Shown here: positions 49,772 to 57,977 of the stretch, piece by piece
Layout of the letters: each line of letters opens with the position of its first letter
Position numbering within the stretch: position 1 is the first letter of the stretch
Source: Paracoccaceae bacterium
GTDB taxonomy: Bacteria; Pseudomonadota; Alphaproteobacteria; Rhodobacterales; Rhodobacteraceae
Assembly: GCA_017854585.1 (NCBI GenBank)
Contig: JAFMHK010000004.1
Span: forward strand, 92,655 to 156,654
Length of the DNA: 64,000 bases
Reading direction: 5' to 3'
Made by a program: the position numbers and the translations under genes
Notes under the pieces: generated by a model
What the model saw: only the letters and a program-made list of their open reading frames with translations
What the model was told of the DNA's origin: nothing
Database searches by the model: none

Positions 49772-50200
49772 TCAGGGCCTCACGTAGGCGTAGCCCTGCT
49801 GTTGAAGCTCGATCAGCCGCACGACGCCGGAGGGAACGATGGAGGCTTCGGCCAAAAGCTGAACCTCCTGTCCGGCGCGCTCGCTCATCGCGCGGTGCGT
49901 GTTGCCGCAGGCCGCGAAACTCAGGCCCTCGATTTCCATCGACATGGTTGCGATGCGGGCCGCTACGGGGCTCTGCTCGGTGTACATGTTGAGACCGGGC
50001 CCGTAGGCGACGACCTCAATGACGACTTCATCGCCCTCGCCTTCGTAATAACTTGCGACATTGGCGACATTGTTGAGCGCCATGTTCATGATCTGCGGAT
50101 CGTTCTGGTTCACATGGATGGCCACGTAGTGCGTCAGCCCTTCTGCGAATGCGCCCGTGGCCGTGATGGCCATTGCGGCGGCTGCAAGCAGTGTCTTCAT
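49772..50200 (-). CDS. DsrE/DsrF-like (COG1416-type) protein with signal peptide
   Basis: ATG at 50200 follows GGGAGGGAG. Signal peptide MKTLLAAAAMAITATGAFA. VAIHVNQNDP...ALNNVANV...FAACGNTH...GYAYVRP matches my recollection of the DsrE-like family, including the conserved Cys. Confidence 0.75.
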   Translation of the reverse strand: MKTLLAAAAMAITATGAFAEGLTHYVAIHVNQNDPQIMNMALNNVANVASYYEGEGDEVVIEVVAYGPGLNMYTEQSPVAARIATMSMEIEGLSFAACGNTHRAMSERAGQEVQLLAEASIVPSGVVRLIELQQQGYAYVRP

Positions 50201-50225
50201 TGGGTTCTCCCTCCCTGTTCGACGG

Positions 50226-51920
50226 TCATCCCGCCACGACATCAACGCTGTCGTTCGGTGCGATCTCGACAGTGCCCTGCGCGCGGATATGCGCCTCGAG
50301 AACGTCCCAGATGGGCGGGCCTTCGGTGCCCTCGTTCACGCTGGCCCAACCTGCCACCACATAGCTGCGCGCGGGATCAAGGGGCTCGCCCGTGGCCAGA
50401 ACCGTCATCTCGGAAATTCGGTTGCCGCTTGGGCCGCGCGGATCGATCCGATAGCCAATGCCGCCGATGCGGACCATATCCCCGCCCTGCTGGTAATAGG
50501 GGTCAGGGTTGAAGATGTTTTCCGCCACATCCTCGAAGATCGCCTTGAGCCGCTCGCCCGTCATCTCGGTGCGGTAGGCGTTCGGGTAGGACATGGCGGT
50601 GACGTTATAGATATCCTCGCGGGTGATCTCTTGTCCGGGCAGCACCGCCGCGCCCCAGCGGAAGCCGGGGCTCAGCGCGATCTCGGCATCCCGTTGCGAG
50701 ATCAGCGCATTGCAGATCACATCGTCCCAAGTGCCGTTGAAATTCCCGCGCCGGTAAAGCAACGATCCGGAGGTGCCGATCACTTCGGACATCTCGGCCT
50801 CGAATGGCGCGCGGGTCTCGGCCACCAGCGCCGTCATCTCCGGATCGGGCGTGATCACGTCCGAGAAAATCGGGATCAGGCGCGTTTCGATCCCCATCAT
50901 CCGACCGTCGCGCACGTCAAGATCAAGCCGGGTCACGAACTTGCCGTGGCTGCCGCTGGCGATCAGGAAAGTGTTGCCGACCTGCACCGGCTCGGGCAAC
51001 GCATCATGGGTGTGGCCTGTCAGGATGATGTCAATGCCGGGAATGTCGCGGGCAAACTGGCGATCGACGTCAAACCCGTTGTGCGACAGCAAGACGACCA
51101 CCTCGGCCCCCGCTGCGCGGACTTCTTCCACGACTTCGGCAATCCGCTCACGGCGCAGGCCAAAGGAGTATTCCGGGAACATCCATGCCGGATTGGCGAT
51201 CGGCATATAGGGAAACGCCTGTCCTATCACAGCAATCGATGTGCCGCCGCGTTCGAATATCTTGTAGTCGTCAAAGACCGGTTCATCCCATTCTTTGTCG
51301 AAGATGTTGGCGGCAAGGAAGGCCGGGTTCAGCGGCCCCTCTACGATTTCGCGGACCCGCTCGGAGCCAAGGGTGAATTCCCAATGCGAGGTCATCGCCT
51401 CGACGCCGAGCGCGTTGAACAGGTCCACCATGTCCTGCCCCGCGGTCCGCAGCGCTGGCAGGGATCCCTGCCACGTATCGCCCCCGTCCAGCAAAAGCGC
51501 GTCAGGCCGTTCGGCCCGGATGCTGTTGACCACCGTGGATATCCGGTCAAGACCGCCCATCCGTCCATAGCTCCGCGCCATCGACGTGAAATCGTCATAG
51601 GTCAGGGCGTAATCCATCGCCGAGCCCTGATCTATGCCATAGGCGCGGCGGAAATCAGCGCCGACGAGGTGCGGCGGCTGTCCGGCTGCATCGCCGACGC
51701 CGAGGTTGAATTCCGGCTCACGGAAAAAGATCGGCTGGGTCTGGGCGTGAATGTCGGTAATGTGGATCAGCGTGACATTGCCAAAATTGGACGAGCCGAT
51801 AAGCTGATCTTGTGTGAGACGTTGTTGCGCTGCAAGGCGCGACCAGTTGCCAAAACCGGATGCCCCGTAAAGCGCTGTCGTAGCCAGCGCGACCTGAACG
51901 AAATGGCGGCGGGAGATCAT
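50226..51920 (-). CDS. soxB: thiosulfohydrolase SoxB
   Basis: Tat signal MISRRHFVQVALA (ATG at 51920). Dinuclear metallophosphoesterase motifs (HITDIHAQ, GGDTWQGS, LLSHNG, GHTHD) and a 5'-nucleotidase-like C-domain. Confidence 0.94.
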   Translation of the reverse strand: MISRRHFVQVALATTALYGASGFGNWSRLAAQQRLTQDQLIGSSNFGNVTLIHITDIHAQTQPIFFREPEFNLGVGDAAGQPPHLVGADFRRAYGIDQGSAMDYALTYDDFTSMARSYGRMGGLDRISTVVNSIRAERPDALLLDGGDTWQGSLPALRTAGQDMVDLFNALGVEAMTSHWEFTLGSERVREIVEGPLNPAFLAANIFDKEWDEPVFDDYKIFERGGTSIAVIGQAFPYMPIANPAWMFPEYSFGLRRERIAEVVEEVRAAGAEVVVLLSHNGFDVDRQFARDIPGIDIILTGHTHDALPEPVQVGNTFLIASGSHGKFVTRLDLDVRDGRMMGIETRLIPIFSDVITPDPEMTALVAETRAPFEAEMSEVIGTSGSLLYRRGNFNGTWDDVICNALISQRDAEIALSPGFRWGAAVLPGQEITREDIYNVTAMSYPNAYRTEMTGERLKAIFEDVAENIFNPDPYYQQGGDMVRIGGIGYRIDPRGPSGNRISEMTVLATGEPLDPARSYVVAGWASVNEGTEGPPIWDVLEAHIRAQGTVEIAPNDSVDVVAG

Positions 51921-52005
51921 GATGGGCCTCACAATTACATTCTAATTTTTGAATATTTCAGAACACGCCCACCCCGACACAAGGCCGGGATGGGGCAGAA
52001 TGGTC

Positions 52006-52878
52006 TTAGTTGCGGATCGACGGACCCTCGACCGTCAGGCCATTGCCACGTGTCGCCACGTACAACTCAAGCGCGACGAACTCAGGGCTCCCGACGGCAA
52101 AGGTTTCTGCCCGTGTGTCACGGATACAACCGCGGAAGCGCCCATGGACCGAATTGAGCTGGGCATTGCGCAGACGGTAAGCAGGAAAAGCGTTGATCTG
52201 GCCCTGACTAAGGTGGTCTGCGCGGATGTTGTTGCCATAGTTCTGCTCATGGCAGTTTGCGCAACTCAGTTCCAGCAGACCATAACGGGTATAGTAGATC
52301 TCGCGACCCTGTTCCCATGTTTCTTGTGCGGGTCCATCCATGGCGACGTTGATGATACGACCACGCCCCACCGACGAGATCAGCGCGGACATGTTGCGCA
52401 TCTCTTGGCTGTCGTATCCATAAGGCTCGGCACCCATGCGTTCGGTCATGCATTCGTTCACCTGCAATTCAACCGTCTGAACCGTGCCATGCTCCTCGTC
52501 CCACACAGGGTAGGTTGATCGAACGTCGGCAAGCGACTCGGGGTTTTCGTGGCATGTGGCGCAGCTGTTGCCTTCACTACCCATGACTGTGTCAAACGCC
52601 TCGCGGGCCTGATCGGCAAAGATCATGCCAGGGTTTTCGAAATCATCGGCCTGCATGGCTTGTGTCTCGTCCGATCGGAACACCCAACCAGAATAGATCC
52701 GGTCGAACACGCCTTGCAAATGCTCGGGCGGATCGGTTTCGATCACCATTTCAATTTCGCCGTTTACGACGAGGCTCTCGTTGTCTCCGATATCGGCCAT
52801 CGCCGTGCCGGCGAAGGCCAGCGCAGCAACCGCTGCACCACCCATCAAACCAAGCCTGTTCTTTTTGATCGTTACCAT
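52006..52878 (-). CDS. soxA: diheme cytochrome c SoxA
   Basis: Two heme sites CATCHE and CANCHE, plus the Cys-ligand context GRFRGCIRD, and a signal peptide. Confidence 0.9.
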   Translation of the reverse strand: MVTIKKNRLGLMGGAAVAALAFAGTAMADIGDNESLVVNGEIEMVIETDPPEHLQGVFDRIYSGWVFRSDETQAMQADDFENPGMIFADQAREAFDTVMGSEGNSCATCHENPESLADVRSTYPVWDEEHGTVQTVELQVNECMTERMGAEPYGYDSQEMRNMSALISSVGRGRIINVAMDGPAQETWEQGREIYYTRYGLLELSCANCHEQNYGNNIRADHLSQGQINAFPAYRLRNAQLNSVHGRFRGCIRDTRAETFAVGSPEFVALELYVATRGNGLTVEGPSIRN

Positions 52879-52904
52879 TGTCGTCCTCCCTCAATGGCCG
52901 CGCG

Positions 52905-53234
52905 TCAGTTGACTGCGATGTCAGCAGTTTCCTCGTAGACAGACCCGTCATCGTCATACCAGATGAACGTGAAGGTGCCGCTTTCGGGCACCACCGCGTC
53001 GAACTGGAAATACGGGTTGGTCGACACCGATGGTTCGATCGTGACATCCACCACCGTCTCGCCGTTGAAGGTGCAGACAAAGCGGTTGATGATGGAACGC
53101 GGAATGACGTTGCCATCGCTGTCACGACGTTGCCCGCTTTCCATGGGGTGGCTAATCAGGGTCCGGATCGAGACAGTCTCGCCTGCCGAAGCTTCGCGAG
53201 GGACCCGAACGCGGGGTGTTACGTTTTCTGCCAT
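52905..53234 (-). CDS. soxZ: sulfur carrier complex subunit SoxZ
   Basis: 109 aa. LISHPMESGQRRDSDGNVIPRSIINRF...NPYFQFD...WYDDDGSVYEE closely parallels Paracoccus SoxZ as I recall it. Confidence 0.9.
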   Translation of the reverse strand: MAENVTPRVRVPREASAGETVSIRTLISHPMESGQRRDSDGNVIPRSIINRFVCTFNGETVVDVTIEPSVSTNPYFQFDAVVPESGTFTFIWYDDDGSVYEETADIAVN

Positions 53235-53257
53235 TTTTGTAGTCTCCTGTTCGCCAC

Positions 53258-53680
53258 TCAGCCGCCGCAGCCGCCAATGGTCACGCGCACATTCTGGCGC
53301 GCCATCTTGAAGGTACCGTCCGGCATGCGGGCGATGGCGATCACTTCCTGCTCTCCGGCCAGACGGATCCGAGTGGACACCGCCGCAGAGCCTGCCAAGG
53401 CGCCAAAGTTGAAGGTTGCCACCGACGGGTTCGGGTTGCCGGCGGCGAAAATGATGATGGACTCGGCTCCCGGCGCATCGACCTCGATCGGAACGGTATT
53501 CCCGTTCTCGGCGATTTCGGGCGCGATCAGCGTGATCCCGCCGGTCTCCATATCGGCGCCGCCCGTAAAGGCGTTAATCGCATCATCGACCAATTCGGCG
53601 CGCGCGATTCCAGGGCCGACCGCAAGGGCCACGGCGGCGGTCAGCGCGGTACCGACAAACTGCCTGCGTGAGAATGTCAT
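53258..53680 (-). CDS. soxY: sulfur carrier protein SoxY
   Basis: Tat signal MTFSRRQFVGT (ATG at 53680 after AGGAG) and the hallmark C-terminus VTIGGCGG. Confidence 0.92.
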   Translation of the reverse strand: MTFSRRQFVGTALTAAVALAVGPGIARAELVDDAINAFTGGADMETGGITLIAPEIAENGNTVPIEVDAPGAESIIIFAAGNPNPSVATFNFGALAGSAAVSTRIRLAGEQEVIAIARMPDGTFKMARQNVRVTIGGCGG

Positions 53681-53706
53681 ATATTGTCTCCTATTGCAGC
53701 CACGGA

Positions 53707-54183
53707 TCAATCCGTAAGCGTTTGCAGATATGCTACGATGTCTTCGACATCTTGGGCGCTAAGGATCGGACTGATGGGTCCCTCAATCGCGCGCCCGGTA
53801 TAGCCATCGCCGGGACGGATGAAGCCATCAACACGATAGAAAGACGGCATCACGCTGTCTGGAAACGCGTTCTTGGCGTTAACGACGATGCCACGCAACG
53901 CGGCTGCATCCCAACGTGAACCGACCCCGTCAAGTGATGGCCCAACCTCTCCGTGGAACTGGAATTCCTCCAGCGCCGTGACTTGATGGCACGCGATACA
54001 ATTGCCCAAGCCACGATCCGTCATGACTTCGATGCCGCGTTCCGGGTTGCCTCCCTCGCCGGTCAACGACTCCGAGATATCTCCGTATTCGTTCATCACA
54101 ACGTCTGACGGTGCAATGACATCTGCGTTCAGGGTTGTTGCGGCCATAGTTAAAATAGCCGCCAAAAGCGTGTGGCGCTTCAC
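53707..54183 (-). CDS. soxX: monoheme cytochrome c SoxX
   Basis: CIACH heme site. GTG at 54183 lies 7 nt after GGGAGGA and gives the signal peptide VKRHTLLAAILTMAATTLNA. The track start at 54258 is rejected. Confidence 0.85.
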   Translation of the reverse strand: MKRHTLLAAILTMAATTLNADVIAPSDVVMNEYGDISESLTGEGGNPERGIEVMTDRGLGNCIACHQVTALEEFQFHGEVGPSLDGVGSRWDAAALRGIVVNAKNAFPDSVMPSFYRVDGFIRPGDGYTGRAIEGPISPILSAQDVEDIVAYLQTLTD

Positions 54184-54338
54184 TGTAAATCCTCCCTTAG
54201 GCGAGTCGGTCGCCCATGGTATACCGTAGCTAGAAGCCGATCCATTTTGCAACAACACATTTGATTATCTGCATATGAATGATCCGACCCACTAGTGATC
54301 AGGCTATCGAACATCAAATCAGACGGTATTGACGACGC

Positions 54339-54914
54339 TCAATTGTTCTGTGGAATTTGTGTCGGAAGCATTCTGGCGTGATAGCGTTGAAAGTCTTCTT
54401 CACCGTCGTAACCTTTTTCCAGCACCCAGTTGAGCATGTTGAAGGTCGTCCACCGTTCGAACGCGCCCGGCATAGTAACCACTGCTGCCTCAACGGCCGT
54501 TACGCCTTCGGGCACTTCTTCGGGCATGAACAGGATTGTGGGGGTGAACATGGTCCGCCAACGTCGCGCGGCGTCACGCTCGCTCAGAACCTCGCCATCA
54601 AAATCGGTAACCTCGGTCGCTCCGTGCATGTTGATGCGGACAAAGAAGAAATCGTTGTTCAGCATCTCCTCGATCTCGGGAACGACGAAGACTTCTTCGT
54701 GCATCTGCCTGCAATAGATACACCCGCGCTGCTCGATGATCACAGCCAGCCGCTGCCCGTTTGCATTGGCTTCGGCCAGATCCTCACGCAGGTCACGGAA
54801 CGTGTCATGCAGCCATGGCGCGATGTGTAGACCGTCATCACCAACACTCTGCGACGAGGCTGTTACGGGGCTGAGCGCCAGTGCTGCCGCCGCTAGAATC
54901 ATACGTATCCACAT
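54339..54914 (-). CDS. soxW: periplasmic thioredoxin SoxW
   Basis: ATG at 54914 after AAGGAGG, signal peptide MWIRMILAAAALALSPV, and the CIYC redox motif. Confidence 0.8.
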   Translation of the reverse strand: MWIRMILAAAALALSPVTASSQSVGDDGLHIAPWLHDTFRDLREDLAEANANGQRLAVIIEQRGCIYCRQMHEEVFVVPEIEEMLNNDFFFVRINMHGATEVTDFDGEVLSERDAARRWRTMFTPTILFMPEEVPEGVTAVEAAVVTMPGAFERWTTFNMLNWVLEKGYDGEEDFQRYHARMLPTQIPQNN

Positions 54915-54951
54915 GGCAAACCTCCTTTTGAATTGCCCGTCCGGTACGGCA

Positions 54952-55692
54952 TCAACCAATCCGCCGGAATACATCGAAATTTTCGATCATCCATTGCCCG
55001 ATATACGCGAGCCCGTTGGTGGCAATCAGAACGCCGAAGACTACCAAAAGCCCGCCCATTACCTTCTCAACGACCCCAAGATACCTGCGGAACCGGGCCA
55101 TCAGGGTCATGAACGGCCCAACAAAAGCAGCCGCCGCGATGAAAGGCAGCGTCATGCCAAGGCCATAGGCTGTCAGCAACCACGCCCCCTGCCCTGCTGT
55201 ATCTGTGCCCGCCGCAGTGAACAAAATGGCCGCCAAGACCGGCCCGACGCAGGGCGTCCAGCCAAAGGCAAACGCCAAGCCGATCAGATAGGCCCCGCCA
55301 AGACTGAGGTTCGACACACTTCCCGTATCAGCACGCCATTGGCGGTTCAGGAACCCAATCTTGAACACTCCCAGGAAATGCAGCCCCATCAGGATGATCA
55401 ATCCGGCCGCGACCCAGCGCAGGATGTCGAACCAGTCACGCAGAACCTGCCCGAACATCGATGCCGAGGCGCCGAGCCCCACGAAGACCGTCATGATTCC
55501 GGCGGCGAAGATGCACGCAGCAAGGATGGCACGCGCCCGAACTGCCGTGGTCACCGGAGCGCCATCGGCGACTTGCGCGGCGCTGACGCCACCAAGATAG
55601 CTTAGGTAAAAGGGGACCATCGGCAAGATGCATGGCGATAGGAAGGACAAGAGCCCAGCAAGAAACGCACCCGTTGTTGTCACGTCAAACAT
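54952..55692 (-). CDS. soxV: CcdA/DsbD-like membrane thiol-disulfide transporter SoxV
   Basis: MFDVTTTGAFLAGLLSFLSPCILPMVPFYL (SPCxLP motif), a second Cys in FGWTPCVGPVL, and 6 TM helices. Confidence 0.85.
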   Translation of the reverse strand: MFDVTTTGAFLAGLLSFLSPCILPMVPFYLSYLGGVSAAQVADGAPVTTAVRARAILAACIFAAGIMTVFVGLGASASMFGQVLRDWFDILRWVAAGLIILMGLHFLGVFKIGFLNRQWRADTGSVSNLSLGGAYLIGLAFAFGWTPCVGPVLAAILFTAAGTDTAGQGAWLLTAYGLGMTLPFIAAAAFVGPFMTLMARFRRYLGVVEKVMGGLLVVFGVLIATNGLAYIGQWMIENFDVFRRIG

Positions 55693-55739
55693 GGAAGACC
55701 TATATGGCTTTACATTCACATATTCATATTCCTATTTAT

Positions 55740-56150
55740 ATGTCCATGCACGCGATACGCCATACCGTTTCTCACGCGCTTTTTGCGGCGCTACTTGGCC
55801 TTTGGGCCATGGTCAGTCCGGTTGCCGCCGACGCTGATCTGACGCTGTTGATGGTGGAAGAACCGGGGTGCATCTGGTGCGCGCGGTGGCACAACGAAGT
55901 TGGACCGGAATACCCGATCACGCCCGAGGGGCTGGCTGCCCCCTTGCACCAAATCAACATCGGCCAAGCGGGACTTGGCAATTTCTCTCTGGTCAGTGCG
56001 CCGATCTATACGCCAACGTTCGTACTTGTTGAGGATGGACAAGAGGTCGGTCGGATCGAGGGCTATCCGGGCGAGGAGTTCTTTTGGGGCCTCCTTACGC
56101 GGCTTCTGGACCGCGCACAGCCGGATTGGGCAGCCCCAACGGCAAATTGA
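55740..56150 (+). CDS. soxS: periplasmic thioredoxin-like SoxS
   Basis: Signal peptide (MS)MHAIRHTVSHALFAALLGLWAMVSPVAA and a CIWC motif. Divergent from soxV. Confidence 0.75.
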   Translation: MSMHAIRHTVSHALFAALLGLWAMVSPVAADADLTLLMVEEPGCIWCARWHNEVGPEYPITPEGLAAPLHQINIGQAGLGNFSLVSAPIYTPTFVLVEDGQEVGRIEGYPGEEFFWGLLTRLLDRAQPDWAAPTAN

Positions 56151-56222
56151 CTGGAAAATAGGATGTTTTGATTGACCTACCCGCCACCCTGCACCATTTC
56201 GCTGTCGGACAGGGGAAGTACG

Positions 56223-56630
56223 ATGACAGACAACGCCGATAAGGGTCGCACCATTGCGACGGATTCCGAGTTCAGGACGAACGACGATACGAAGCTATCG
56301 ACGATCTTGCCGGATCTTAGCGCACCGATGGATGAGGCAACCAAGGCCACGATCCGCGCCAATGCGCAGATCGCATCGGATTTCCTGAAAGCGATCAGCC
56401 ATGAAGGGCGTTTGATGATCCTGTGTGCTTTGGCCCATGGCGAACGCTCTGTAACCGACATAGAACGCCTGCTGTCTTCTCGGCAGGCAGCGGTATCACA
56501 ACAACTGTCGCGGCTGAGGCATGAAGGCCTGGTCACAGCCCGCCGCGATGGCAAGCAGATTTTTTATCGTTTGAAAGACGAACGGGCGCGTAAGATCGTT
56601 GAACAGGTCTACGAGTTGTTCTGCACATAA
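56223..56630 (+). CDS. soxR: ArsR-family repressor SoxR
   Basis: ATG at 56223 (MTDNADKG). ArsR wHTH core FLKAISHEGRLMILCALAHGERSVTDIERLLSSRQAAVSQQLSRLRHEGLV. Confidence 0.82.
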   Translation: MTDNADKGRTIATDSEFRTNDDTKLSTILPDLSAPMDEATKATIRANAQIASDFLKAISHEGRLMILCALAHGERSVTDIERLLSSRQAAVSQQLSRLRHEGLVTARRDGKQIFYRLKDERARKIVEQVYELFCT

Positions 56631-56673
56631 GACCGCCGGAAGAGATCCGTCGGTGCATGCCTTGGGAGGGAAC

Positions 56674-57729
56674 ATGCTCGACTTCGTCGGAGAAGCTCGG
56701 TTGATGATGCTGGTCGGCCTGTCGGGCGGAATAGTGCTTGGACTGGCCGCGAGACTGGGTCGCTTCTGCACACTGGGCATGATCGAGGATGTTCATTACG
56801 GGCGCGATCTTGATCGCCTCTGGATGTGGGCGGTTGCACTTGGGGTGGCGATGTTGACCAGCTTCGGGGCTGAGGCCGCCGGCTTTATCGATCTGGGCCA
56901 AACCATTTACCTGTCGAACCAGTATTCGATCCTAGGCGCTGTGTTTGGCGGGCTGATGTTTGGCTATGGCATGGCACAGGCCGGAAATTGCGGGTACGGG
57001 GTCTTGGCCCGTCTGGGGGGCGGGGATCTGCGCGCGTTCGTCATCGCTCTGGTTATGGGCGTATCGGCCTATGCAATGATCGGCGGCATCCTGAGTCCGC
57101 TGCGCGCACTGATGTTTTCCACCACGCCACGCCCTGAGGCCGCGCAGGGTTTCGCACATCTCGCTTCCGATGCGTCGGGGCTTTCTGCGTCAATGATCGG
57201 TGGGCTCTTGGGCGCGTCGCTGGTCGGGTTGGCGGTTTGGAAACTCTCTCCGCCACGGCGCGGACACAGGCTTTTCTGGGGGGCAATGGTGGGCCTCAGC
57301 GTCAGTTCGGGTTTCCTGGGAACTGCTTGGATTGCGACCCATGGTTTTGAGGCTTCGCAGATCGGCTCTCATACCTTTACCGCACCGATTGGAGACACCA
57401 TTCGCTATGCGATGTTCTCGTCGGTGATGGCGCCAACCTTCGGGATCGGCTCGGTGCTTGGCGTGGTCATCGGTGGCTTTGTGGGCAGTCTGATCCGCGA
57501 TGGGTTCCGATGGGAGGCCTGTGACGACCCGCGTGAATTGAAACGACAAATGACGGGGGGCGGGCTTATGGGTGTCGGCGCCGTGTTGGCCGCAGGCTGC
57601 AGCGTCGGACAGGGGTTGTCGGCGCTTTCGCTGTTGTCGTTCACCGCACCCATCGTTGCGATGTCGATCTGGATTGGCGCTTGGATAGGGCTTCGCCTTT
57701 TGATTGTTGGACTGGCCTCCGCCGACTGA
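56674..57729 (+). CDS. YeeE/YedE family transporter (SoxT-like position)
   Basis: ATG at 56674 after GGGAGGG. Polytopic, with conserved-Cys loops LGRFCTLGM, QAGNCGYGVL and LAAGCSVGQG. The order soxS-soxR-permease parallels the soxSRT arrangement I recall from Pseudaminobacter. Confidence 0.82.
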   Translation: MLDFVGEARLMMLVGLSGGIVLGLAARLGRFCTLGMIEDVHYGRDLDRLWMWAVALGVAMLTSFGAEAAGFIDLGQTIYLSNQYSILGAVFGGLMFGYGMAQAGNCGYGVLARLGGGDLRAFVIALVMGVSAYAMIGGILSPLRALMFSTTPRPEAAQGFAHLASDASGLSASMIGGLLGASLVGLAVWKLSPPRRGHRLFWGAMVGLSVSSGFLGTAWIATHGFEASQIGSHTFTAPIGDTIRYAMFSSVMAPTFGIGSVLGVVIGGFVGSLIRDGFRWEACDDPRELKRQMTGGGLMGVGAVLAAGCSVGQGLSALSLLSFTAPIVAMSIWIGAWIGLRLLIVGLASAD

Positions 57730-57911
57730 GCCCTCAGTGCGGAAAGACAACAGCCGCAACGACATCGGGCACCGGTGCGGCATCGTCACCCACGGACAGA
57801 TGATTTCTGGATGGTCAGGAAAAAACCGAAACCAGATCGCTTTCCGTGACCACGCGTGATTTGTCCGCCCCCCCGCTTGCGTCAGGTCTTCAACCGACCA
57901 CGCCCACCCAA

Positions 57912-57925
57912 TTGACCGTCGTCAA
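57912..57925 (+). promoter_or_regulatory. CRP/FNR-family type palindrome TTGACCGTCGTCAA upstream of the cytochrome c gene
   Basis: Perfect TTGAC-N4-GTCAA (ATTGAC-N4-GTCAAT with flanks). Its centre is about 60 nt upstream of ATG at 57978. Confidence 0.5.
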
Positions 57926-57977
57926 TGACGGCCTTGCCGTTTGCGAGAACATTGATCGTGGAAAAGGAGGGTGCGGT

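Noticed and set aside
50157-52157. 666-aa plus-strand ORF antisense to soxB. Similar long shadow ORFs occur at 34902-36605, 58686-60140, 26921-28168, 1890-3248, 17489-18769, 45678-46808 and 11899-12939.
   Set aside because: Each lies opposite a gene with strong family motifs. Their translations are Arg/Gly/His/Pro-rich low-complexity sequence without motifs. Long stop-free antisense frames are expected in high-GC coding DNA.
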